Assembly (NCBI RefSeq): GCF_006345805.1
Contig: NC_043019.1
Span: 29,697,360 to 29,761,359 of the forward strand
DNA: 64,000 nt
Source of the DNA: Octopus sinensis
Taxonomy: Eukaryota
Direction of reading: 5' to 3'
Shown here in pieces: positions 26,701 to 39,354 of this stretch. The notes beneath the pieces were generated by a model that was not told where the DNA came from, made no database searches, and saw only the letters and a list, made by a program, of their open reading frames with translations. Within the stretch, counting starts at the first letter, position 1. Every line of letters begins with the position of its first letter. A program made the translations under genes and the position numbers.

Positions 26701-26809
26701 ATTATTATCATTATTACTATTATTATATTATTATTATTATTATTATTGTTACTATTATTACTATTATTATTATTATTATTGTTATTCTTATTATTATTAT
26801 TATTACTAC

Positions 26810-26860
<51 letters not shown>

Positions 26861-27236
26861 TATTATTATTGTTATTATTATTGAGTGAGAGAGCAGAACA
26901 CACCATCAAAGTGACGCTGGAGTTATTGTTGTTGTTCTTGTTCTTCTTCTTCTTCTTATTATTATTATTATTATTCCATCTGTTGGAATAATACATTCAG
27001 AATTATTCTTCTCATCTCCATAATTTAGTGGAAGAGGTTTATGTCAAAGGTTGCAGATAAAACCGACACTTCCATACCTATAAATAATATGCTGGGTTAT
27101 TTTATGCTAAGCACATTCATATAAAGGAAGTTTGGTCATACAAAATGGTATTTGGTCGCCTTTGTTGTTGTTGTTATTGTTATTTGGCAGGGTGGTGTGT
27201 GTTAAATCGTTTATAGAATTATCTGTTCCATATATA

Positions 27237-27282
<46 letters not shown>

Positions 27283-27369
27283 AAATCAACATTTCCTGAC
27301 CAAATTTCAATTCATTAATATTTAATGTGTGACTATTTTCACATATTGCTGGGTCTTTATCTCCCTCAC

Positions 27370-27413
<44 letters not shown>

Positions 27414-27635
27414 TTACCATATATATATACTCTTTTACTTGTTTCAGTCATTTGACTGTGGCCATGCTGGAGCACCACCTTTAGTCGAGCAAATCGACCC
27501 CAGGATTTATTTTTTGTAAGCCTAGTACTTATTCTATCGGTCTCTTTTGCCGAACCGCTAAGTTACAAGGACATAAACACACCAGCATCGGTTGTCAAGC
27601 GATGTTGCGAGGACAAACAGACACACAAACACACG

Positions 27636-27675
<40 letters not shown>

Positions 27676-30600
27676 CGACGGGCTTCTTTCAGTTTCCGTC
27701 TACCAAATCCACTCACAAGGCTTTGGTCAGCCTGAGGCTATAGTAGAAGACACTTGCCCAAGGTGCCACGCAGTGGGACTGAACCCAGAACCATGTAGTT
27801 GGTAAGCAAGCTACTTACCACACAGCCACTGCTACGCCTATACACACACACACACACATTTGTACCAATCTCTTTCTGACTTACTTTATTCTCTGTCTCT
27901 CCCTCCCTCCCTCCATTTACAAAGTTGAGTGAATTTCTCTGTTCAATAATGTTATGTAGAAATAATTAACTTAAAAGGAAAAGTGTTCTTCTCAAGCAAT
28001 TCCATTTCCGAAACCATCCAGTTCTGCATTTGCATAATTGCATCTAAGCAAAAGAAGAAAAAAACACACAAAAAATATATTAAAAAATGTGTAAACAATT
28101 CTGATAAGTGTTACTATTTAACAAATGTCTAGAGCTTACCTTATGTGTATGATTTGGAGAGAGCAAAAGGTGGAGGTAATCTCTGTTTTTCTCTCTCTCT
28201 CTCTCTCTCATGCTCTATCTCTTTCTCTCTCATGCACACTCTCTCTCTCCATCATGTTCTCTCTTTCACACTCTCATGCTCACTCTTTCTTTCATGCCTC
28301 TTCTTTCTCATTCATGTTCTCTTTCTCTCTCTCACACACACACACACACTCTCCCTCGTGTTCTCTCTCACTCTCTCTCATTCCCTCCATCATGTTATCA
28401 CATGCTCTCTCTTTCTCTCACACAGTTTAGTTTCATCATCATCATCATCATCATCATCACATTTACTTTCTCAGTTGGTTATTTGTGGTTAACCTCTTAA
28501 ACTATTTATTAACATCCTTAAACCTAACCAGGTGTCAGGCATAGCTGTCACTGGCTTACAAACATCACCTGGTCACTCAGGACCGGGTGGTGTTCTTAAG
28601 CCTGCTCCTGAGTGACCTACAGTGGAGTCCATTCTGCTGCGAGCATTCACATAGGTCCGTGGTCGAGATATAAACCAAATTGTTAAAAAGGCTTTTTACA
28701 GGCAGGGCATTTGTGTGTGGTTAAGAAGCCTGCCTCCCAGTCATATGGTCTTAGGTTCAGTTCCATTATGTGGCACCTTAAGTGTCTGTCTTCTGAATTT
28801 TATAGATGGTAACTGAAAGAAGCCCATCACACGTGTGTTTGTGTTGTGTCTGTTACCCACCACCTATTGACAACCAGAGTTGGTTTGTTTACATCCCATA
28901 ACTTTACAGTTCAGTAAAAGATACCAGAAGAATAGGTTCCAGGCTTAAAAAATAGGAACTGGGGTTGGTTTGTTTGAAGTAATACTCCAGCATGGCCACA
29001 GATTTAGTAAAAGAAAGGCTCTTTTATTCCATCTATCCATCCCTTCCATAGGGTGTTATCAAAAGCAACCGTTATCGGACTTTCTGGTTGGATTCCCAAG
29101 CATGACCATCTGAGACTATGGGTATTATCCAACTATCTCATTCTTAGTCTACCCCTAAGTCCCTTGCCACTTGGCTCAGTCTGAAGAATCCATCTTGCAA
29201 TTCTTCCTTGCAACCTTCAAATCACATGGTGGCAGCAGCAGCAGTGCTGGGACTAGCAGAACCATTGGATAGAATGCCTTGCAGTATTTGCACTGGTTCT
29301 TTGTCTTTTTGCCCCTTTTTTGGTAGAATCTATAGATTATCAAGGCTTTAGATGAGATGCATTGCAATATTCCATCTGCCATTACCCACCTTGTGATGGG
29401 AAACAGGGCCTTCAGCGCCATCTAACAATAGTAGGTTTCCAGCATCAGACAATCAGACAGTGTAAAGTATTAATTGAAACATTTTGGCTGCATTGGTGTG
29501 CATGAATGCAAGATGCAGACGCTGCACTAGAAGCATGCCAAACACTAGAGTAGAAATGAAATAGTGTATGCATGAGTATCACGATAAACGTTGCCCTTTT
29601 CAAGCCTAGCTAGGCTCATGGGCCCAGTTTCTGTGGCGTATGTGTTCCCCCCAGCTGGACGGGATGCCAGTCCATCGCAGCATTACTCAAGAAACAGGAT
29701 GAGAGAGCGAGAGAAAGTTGTGGCGAAAGAGTACAACAGGGGTCACCACAACCCCCATTGCCGCAGCCTCATGGAGCTTTTAGGTGTTTTCGTTCAATAA
29801 ACACACACAACGCCCAGTCTGGGAATCAAAACCGCGATCCTCCAACCGCGAGTCCGCTGCCCTAACCACTAGGCCATTGCGCCTCCATATTCATGAGTAT
29901 ACCTATATAATTATATGTATACAAACACACATATATACACACATACATACGTAATTTTATTGATGTATAATGCAATGCAGTTTTCCATCTTGTCAGATCC
30001 TGTCATCACACACACACACTAGTATGAAGGCAAATGTAAGATGTTTATAATGATATACTTATATAAATATGTGCATATGTATGTGTGTGAGTGTTTGTAT
30101 AATATATTCATGCACATGTATTAAAATTTGTATATTTATTTATTATTTAATCTCTAGACCTTTTGATGCCATGACGTATGAAGATGAAATAGATGAAGAT
30201 GAAGTGATAGATGAAGAAGGTAGAGCCAGGTTAAAATTAAAGGTAAACGTTTTTCTAATAAAATTGTACTGTTATTTTGTTGTTGTTTAGCCCTAGGACA
30301 ACCTTGAGCAAGCAAACAGACCTATGATCAGACACATACAAGTCATAGCTATCCCATCTTTCAACAGACTGCAATTTATTTATTTATTTTGTATGTGATC
30401 TGATGATTTAATGGGGATTTAGCTACTATTTCTAACTGGTTGAATAGCTGCGTAGATCTTCCTTCTTTGATAAGTTTGTTGTTGTATGCTGAAAATGCCG
30501 AAGATAGTGGCAGTGAGCAAGCAGTGGTGTTGTTGCTATTATTTAGTCCCATGTCAGGCCTGGTGAAACAAACCTATGACTAACCCTTTTGTTACCATCT

Positions 30601-33600
30601 TTCTGTTGAAATACTCCACCTTTATTTCAATTAATGTTCTTTTATTAAATTATGATGAATCTAATAAACTAACTGCTGGCAGAATCATAAGCACGCTGGG
30701 CAAAATATTTAGAAGTATTTCATTCATATTTATGTTCTGAGTTCAAATTCCACTGAGGTCAACTTTGCCTTTCTTCTTTTTGGAGTCGATGAAATAAGTA
30801 CCAGTCAAGTACTGGGGTTGATGTAATCAACTTGCACCCTCCCCTCAAAATTTCAAGCTATGTGTCTATAGTAGAAAGGAATATTAAGCTGGTATTTAGA
30901 ATGTAAGTTAACAGGAAATTTTGATGGATGGTTTTAATTTAAGCCACCTTTAAACTGTAAGTTTGTATTGTAGAACAAGGAGTAGTCTCAAGCAGGTTGT
31001 TATTCCATCTGTGAGCTGGTAGAATCATTAGCACGCCAGGCTAAATGCTTAACGGTATTTCGTCTGCTGTTACATTCTGAGTTCAAATTCCGCCGAGGTT
31101 GACTTTGCCTTTCATCCTTTCGGGGTCGATTGAATAAGTACCAGTTACGCACTGGGGTCGATGTAATGGACTTAATCCGTTTATCTGTCCTTGTTTGTCT
31201 TCTCTGTGTTTAGCCCCTTGTGGGTAATAAAGAAATAGGTATTTCGTCTGCTGTTACGTTCTGAGTTCAAATTCCGCCGAGGTTGACTTTGCCTTTCATC
31301 CTTTCGGGGTCAATTAAATAAGTACCAGTTACGCACTGGGGTCGATGTAATGGACTTAATCCGTTTGTCTGTCCTTGTTTGTCTTCTCTGTGTTTAGCCC
31401 CTTGTGGGTAGTAAAGAAACATCTGTCTTGAATAAACAACAGCTCAATACAACCGTTATTCTCTTATACTTTCCAGTGACCTTATGGTCAGTTGTTCAGT
31501 GAAATCATTCATACTTCATTCCTCTCCAATTTCTATAACACATCTTCAGTTTTTGTCTGTATACTTCTTCCATATATCTCAGTACTGTTGAAACAGGCAT
31601 CATACAACCGTATTGCTTTCTATTGATACCAAATGCAAAGTTTTATTGCTAGAATGTCACCCATCCCGGACATAATTGCCTCTCCTTCACATCTCTACCT
31701 TGATGTGACTCATAGCATTCCAGCAGATTGTCCACCTCATTCTGAGCTTCTGTAAATACATCCGGTAAATGTAAAGCAATTATTTAATATTGTCATCCGT
31801 CAATTCTCCTACACATTATTTTCAATACCATAAAGTTTTAAATTATTCAGAATGAATGAAGCAGCTGTATCTTCAGTTTATGGGAATGGAATTTTCTTTC
31901 TTTCTCTCTCTCTCACACATACACACACACACACAAAAACACTCACGCACATATACACGTATAGTGATAGAATCTAGGATAATCACTAAAGTTTGACGTT
32001 ACTATATTATATCAGTCACCATTATAATGTAGTTATTCCTTTTACTGTGAAAAATCAGATCTATTCACTCAAAATTCCATAACCCTTGACTGCAGAAAGC
32101 AGTTTTATATACCAATCTACCTTTTGTTGAAGCATGTCATGTTTGAATTTATTTTCTATTAAGATTTGGCAAGTTTATTGAAGCTATGTTACTTTGCAGA
32201 AAATACCATTTCTATTTTTTGGTAGATATTCAACATCATTTTTGGAATATCCATGAAATATAATTTCATAGTTTAACGGTTAAGGGACTTCCTCAAACTT
32301 GTGATCAAAGGTATTCCAACCATGACTGTCCTAATTGTGTGTGTGTATTTCAGTCATTGGACTGTGGCCATGCTGGGGCACCGCCTTGAAGGGTTTTGCT
32401 TTTAAACCTGCCATTTATTCTTTTGGTCTCTTTTGCTGAACTGTCTGTCTTCTTCACCCACAGTTCCTAAGAGGGCTATGGGATAGAGTCCTCAGGCACT
32501 TCATCCATAGGGTTCAATCAAAAGCAACCATCATTGCACCATAACCATCTCAATTTTGGTCTACCCTTAGGCTTCCTGCTGGTTGGCTTGGCTTGAAGAA
32601 TTGTGTTTCGCAGTTCTTTCCTGTGATATTCTAATTGCATGTCTTTAGTATTGAAGATGTGACTTCTCGATGTGGAGAAGTATTGGCTCAACCTGGGGAG
32701 GCTCCTTGACCTCCAAGCCATGCACCCTGTCAAGTAATGTTATTCCAGAGATCTTTCAGAGAAGCTCTATTTTGAGCACTTACATTCACAATCATACTCT
32801 TTCGGTTATTACTCAAAATTCATGACCACAAATGATTGGAAATTGGAAAATGTTCTCATTCTTCATACAATTTTTCTATATTTGTTTCATTAAGATATCA
32901 TCCCTTCTTTTCTTGCTAATAACTCATTTCTGGTTTTTCTTCTTTTCATTAATGGTTTGTTTTGTCTGTTTTTTAACTATTAAGGTTGAAAATACTATTC
33001 GGTGGAGAACTAAAAAGGATGAAAGTGGAAATGAAATGAAAGATGACAATGGTAACGTTCTTCGAGAAAGTAATGCCAGAATGGTTCGGTGGTCTGATGG
33101 CAGGTAAGTTTTTAAAAGGCATCAAATTCTACTCTGCAAAATGTATTTGTTATAAACCCAAACTCGAATATCAAAGTTTTAAAAGGTTTTAATCAACTAA
33201 AAATACAGCAATATACAATACAAACAAAGATTGCTAGATTGTAAGCAAAACCAAACTTCAACGCAATAACATTTTTATGCAGTGAGTTGCTACATTCTCA
33301 ACTAACTAAAATCAACACTGAACACGTCATGCCACAAGAACAGAACTCCGTGCAGTTGCACTGCAGGCATATAACAGCAATCGGGACAATCAAAATCACG
33401 TGATCAAAACTAAAATCACAACAGTATTAAACACACACGTCTTGTGGATTTGTAACAGGCTACACCTTTGAATTAGGGATACAATCCATAGATAAAAATC
33501 ATCATCATTTAATGTCCACTTTCCATGCTGATTTGTTTGACTAACTAACCTAATAAGGTGATGCTCCAGAATGGCTGCTATCCTATGACCGAAACAAGTA

Positions 33601-36600
33601 AGAGTACTGGAGTGGTACTTTATTCATAAACTTCCAAAAGGATAAAAGTCAAGCTTGACCTCAGCAGGATTTGAACTTGAGTACCTAGAGCCAAAACAAA
33701 TACCGCAAGTGACTTTGGAGAGATTTGGTTTCTGTTTCTAGCAGATTGAATGACCACAATATTGATCCTAGATGAATTTGGGCGAAGCAATCTATCATCA
33801 AAAGTATTCTGTAACCATTCTGTCTTTTGGATATGAAAGGATATAACTGTGCAATCTATCCTTCTTTATCTAAAATGATGTTATTCTTTGAGCTGCTATT
33901 TCTTGCAGATCAAGCGACCACATAGAAGGTACTTCATTGGCTTATTCAGTAAAACATAGTTGAACAAAACTATTATCAGAGGTGTTCCAAAATGGTTGGA
34001 TGACTCGAGGCAGATTTTGGTCAGAACGAGCGACCGTGTAGAGCCCTACCTTCTTGTTGACTCATTTAAGAAATATTTTGTCAGGAAATGACAATTCTAA
34101 CATGCCATAGTCTAACAATTAGCAATATTTATAAATTTGTAGGCGGCGAACTGGCAGAAGCGTTAGCACTCTGGGCGAAATGCTTAGCGGTATTTCGTCT
34201 GTCTTTACGTTCTGAGTTCAAATTCCGCCGAGGTCGACTTTGTTTTTCATACTTTCGGGGTCGATAAATTAAATACCAGTTGCGTACTGGGGTCGATCTA
34301 ATCGACTGGTTCGCTACTCCAAAATTTCGGGCTTTGTGCCTCGAGTAGAAAAGAATATTTACAGAGTTGTGCCCCTTACATTCTTAACTCTTCAGATAAA
34401 TTAAAGCGATTACTGTCCTTATAAAGAAAAAAAGAAAAGGCCCGCCTTTTCAACTTTTAAGTGTATCCAAAAAGTTTTCCTGCGTCTAATGCGGCTATAT
34501 TACTGGTGGGATACCGAGTGTTGTAAACTAGGGAGGCATATGAGCATAATTTGCTAGGCACAATAATTGTTGCTAGCAATAAACTATTGGGCGATCCTTC
34601 GGTATAGGTACCGTAAATGGCTTTGTTTACATTTCTGAACATAACAGAAACCCTTTTCTCCCACCCATAACCCTAACCCTAACCTCCCATATATATATTT
34701 AAAAAAATACTTTCTTGAAATGTATCTGGTACTTCTGGTACCTATGCCGAAGTTACGCCAACTATTGAAATCAAGCTAAAATATCACAATCTGTTCGCAC
34801 AAACTTAAGAAATCTCGTTTACATTAACGTTGGCACTTACGTGGAAGTCATATCATTTTATACCTCCTTCCTCGTCACACCTAATTTATTTCTTACATTA
34901 TTTAATGGGTTAATTACTTTTGACAAACATTTCTTTATTGTCGCATTGAAAAATTCTAGAAACGTGAAAAAATTGTTAAGTTTTCATCTGCCTGTCAAGC
35001 TATTTGCAATGAGTGGATGAAGACAAACCCATAGCAGTGATGCACCACCCTGGTGACCAATCACGGTTACACGAAACCTCACAACCAGCAATACAAGTTC
35101 TACATTCTGTATAGCAATTATTATTATTATTATCATCATCATCGTTTTCCATGCTAGCATGGGTTGGACGTTTTCACCAACTATATTAGGTAATATAGTT
35201 CTGGCATACAAAATGCCAGATTAAGTACTTAAATAAATATACAAAACCTCAAATTTTGGGGTTAAAGTATAATCAATTATATCTATCCAGAACTTAATTG
35301 GTATCATATTTTAGAATTGAATCCAAAATATATTTACTCCTTATATTCCATTAACAACCAATCTTCCATTGTTATGTTATTTCAGCATTTCTCTTCACTT
35401 GGGCAGTGAAATATTTGATGTCCACCCAATGTTGCTTCAAGGAGATTACAACCACTTGTTTGTCCGCCAGGGTACTGGTCTTCAAGGACAATCCATATTC
35501 AAAACCAAACTGACATTCAGGTAAATAATGTGTGTGTGTGTGTGTATACCTGTAATAGTTAGAGTTGATTACCTTTCCATTATTTTGAGTTTGTTACGGA
35601 AGAGGCAATCATTAGCTTGCACATCGGCAAAGAAATGCTTTCAACACTATTGGATTTATCATTGGTGTCCTATGATGCAAGACGGCATGTTGTAAATTTC
35701 TGGTTGTCCCCAGAGCATTGGTACTATAAAAGACCTAAGAATTTTTATGTCAATAGTTTTATATTTAATTACTTTTTCTTAAAAATGTGCAGAAAACACA
35801 TTTTATTATTAATGAATCTCTCTCTCTCCTTTTCTCTGTCTCCAGACCTCATTCCACAGAATCATTCACCCACAGAAAGATGACAATGTCTATAGCAGAT
35901 AGGTCAACCAAAACACAGAAGGTGAAGGTTATTCCGATTGCTGGACATGATCCAGATGCTCATCGCGAAGAAATGATCAAGGTATCGTTCTTATTCTTTT
36001 CTTCTGTTACTGCTTACAGCCATTGGACTGTGGCCATGCTGGGGGTATGACCTTCCAAAATTCTCAGATTTGGCCATTTATTTATTAACCCCACCATCAC
36101 CACCAACCAGTAATTTTCCTGATACATATTTTATCAACCTCTGATGTAGGGAAAGGCAAACTTGACATGGAATGCAGGGATGCAATTTGAACTCAAAACA
36201 CAAGGCATGTAACCTAACACCACCAGGCATTTTGCTGAACACTCCACTGATTCTACCCAATATCACCCATATATGTATATGTGTGTGTGTTTTTATTTAT
36301 ATATATATATATATAGCACTCCATTGGTTACAACAACAAGAGTTCCAGTTGATAGGATCAACAGAACAGCCTGAATAAAGTTATCTCCCTCTCTCTCTCT
36401 CTCTCCTTTTTATTCTGGGTTTCTGCTCAGTACCACTACCACCCAGCACTTGAATGCTTTCCATAAAATATATTCTGTTGCAACCAGTGAGAGTATATTT
36501 CTATTTGTTGACACCTTCCACCTTTCTATCTATCTATCCGCTCAGTCAAAGTCAACTCTCGGTTACTCGATGGATCAGTGTCCTCCAGTCAGTTCTATCC

Positions 36601-39315
36601 TAGGCCGCTTCTTTCAGATTGGCTATGTCCATTCCAGTATCACTCTTGATGGTGTCAAGCCAGTGGGTTCTTGGTCGGCCTCTTCCTCTCTTGCCACTGA
36701 CCATTCCGAGCATGATGTCCTTCTCCAGGGATTTTCTCCTCATAATATGACCAAAATATGCCAATCTATGCTTGGTGATCCTAGCTTCTAGCGACATTTT
36801 CGGCCTGATCTGCTTAAGAACCTCTCCATTGGTGAGCCTCGCTGTCCATGGAATCCGTAAAAGTCTTCTCCAACACTACCTTTACTACCTACAAATATCA
36901 CGTTCTGCAAAATGGTCATGAATACCACCCCTTCCTCCTCTGAATAAACCATAAAATACATAACACTAATTTTGAATTCTAAACTATTTATTCATTTATT
37001 TATTTATTTATTTATTATATTATTGTAGAAAGAAGAAGAACGCTTGCGTGCTTCTATTCGCCGTGAAAGTCAGCAACGCCGAATCCGAGAAAAGGCTCAC
37101 GTGCGAGGTATGAATTCCTCCTATATTGAGGGAGATGATGACGACGATGATGATGAAGCTGCTATTTCTCTGTCTGCTATCAAGAAAAACTACAAACCAG
37201 GGACAAAAAGAGGTAATGTTGTTGATTGTTCTTATAGCTTTTATTAGGGCTTGGAGAGATTTTTTTTTTTCGCCTCATTGATGACTCTCACTTAGATCTT
37301 CTTCTACAGGTTCCATGCACATTAAACAAATGGCACTTTTTTATACTGCTGTCCTCATCCTTACATATCACATGCCCATACCAGTGCAGTCTTCTTTCTT
37401 GAACACAGCATCTTATTCCTCTTATACCTAGCTTTTCACTCAGCCCTTTTGTACTAATTATTTCAAATCACTAAAAGATCCAAGCGAGGTCGTTGCCAGT
37501 ACTACCTGACTGGCCCCGTGCTGGTGGCACGTAAAAGCACCCACTACATTCTCGGAGTGGTTGGCGTTAGGAAGGGCATCCAGCTGTAGAAACTCTGCCA
37601 GATCAAGATTGAAGCCTGGTGCAGCCATCTGGTTCGCCAGCCTTCAGTCATTCGTCCAACCCATGCTAGCATGGAAAGCGGACGTTAAATGATGATGATG
37701 ATGATGATGACATACTAATTCAATGTTTCAGGAAGTTCATTCAAGTTTCTTCATAAAGATTTTGCATCCAGCACATTTGTGATATATTCCTTTTGTCTCT
37801 ATTTCTAGATCGTGGCAATATATATTCATCGGACAGTGATGATGACTATGACTCAGAAAAGGAAGAAAAGCAAGCAAAGAGATTAATGAAAGCAAAGAAA
37901 CTTGACAGTGAGGATGTAAGTATACTACTGAATGTCTCTTTAACCCTTTCGTTACCAACCTGGCTGAAACCGGCTCCGGCTCTGTGTACAAAAGTCTTGT
38001 TTTCATAAGTTCTGAATTAAAATCTCCCACCAAACCCTAGTCACAATTTATGTTCCTAACACTAGCTTAATGATAACAAAGTTATTTTACTAAATTCTTT
38101 GTTATATTTAAAGTAATTGAAAGAAATACAGAGCATCTCAAAATAAATACAGCAACGAAAGGGTTGAATTAAGGCAGCAAGCTGGCAGAATCGTCAGCAT
38201 ACTGGACAAAATGCTTAGAGGCATTTCTTCTGGTTTTATTTTCTGAATTTATATTCCACCAAGGTGGACTTTTCCTTTCGTTCTTTGAGGTCAATAAGAT
38301 AAGTACCAGTTGAGTACTTGGATCAATGACCTCCTTCACCAAAATTTCAGGTCTTGTTAAAAAAAAAGGAAAAAGCAAAATATGTCTTTATATCATTGTT
38401 TTATTAACATTGTGAGTATCTAGAACTATATAATTCAGTGGGTCGGTTTTTCACTCTTTAAGAAAGTAGGGTGTGATTTGAGTAAGGTTTGGCTGCTATT
38501 TCTAACAGATGGAGTAACTCTATAGAGGCTCTCCCATTGACTCGAACCTTGTTCCAATTGGTTTCAAATTTTGACACAAGGCCTGCAATCTTTGGTGGGG
38601 GAAGTCGATTACATCGACCCCAGTGCTCAACTGGTACTTATTTTATCAACACCTAAAAGATGAAAGGCAAAGTCAACCTCAGCAGAATTTGGACTCTCAA
38701 TGTAAAGATGGATGAAATGCTGCCAAGCATTTTGTCTGGTGTGCTAAGGATTCTGCCAGCTTGCCACCTTATTCATGTTGAGTTTTCATGTAAGGTGGTT
38801 GAGGGCTCACATTTCTAACTTCCAAATATGCAAATAAGTTATCTGGGCCATCAAGGAAACCTCTCTTGCAAACTGCCTACTCACCCACTTCTGCCAAAAG
38901 ATAGCAGCCAAATTTTTCTCTTAAATCAGTTGTTAAAAAGGATGGAAGCATAAGATATTATAGTCCTGGATTCACCATGCCTTAAAAAATAATAAAATGG
39001 TCACAACTTAGGCGCAGGCATGGCTCAGTGGTTAAGACGCTTATTTTGCAACCATGTTTCCAGTTCATTCCTATTGCACACCACTTTGCTTAAGTGTCTC
39101 ACGTGGGCTAAAACAGCCCATCCAACCTGTGATGATATACTATATATATAGGCGCAGGAGTGGCTGTGTAGTAAGTAGCCTGCTTACCAACCACATGGTT
39201 CCGGGTTCAGTCCCACTGCGTGACACCTTGGGCAAGTGCCTTCTACTATAGCCTCGGGCCGACCAATGCCTTGTGAGTGGATTTGGTAGACAGAAACAGA
39301 AAGAAGCCCATCATA

Positions 39316-39354
<39 letters not shown>

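Noticed and set aside
26612-26996. Poly-Tyr, poly-Leu and poly-Asn ORFs
   Set aside because: (TAT)n microsatellite read in different frames
31016-31420. Direct repeats with regular spacing that could suggest a CRISPR-like array
   Set aside because: Tandem SINE body duplication in a eukaryotic intron; no unique spacers and no cas genes
34457-34840. Minus-strand ORF (…[43 protein letters not shown]) with a 65-nt GTAAGT…TTTTAG intron-like segment at 34776-34840 once the MITE is removed
   Set aside because: The upstream exon has a stop in the required frame, and the alternative ATG gives only 11 codons; the peptide is not recognisable. It may be a transposon interior.
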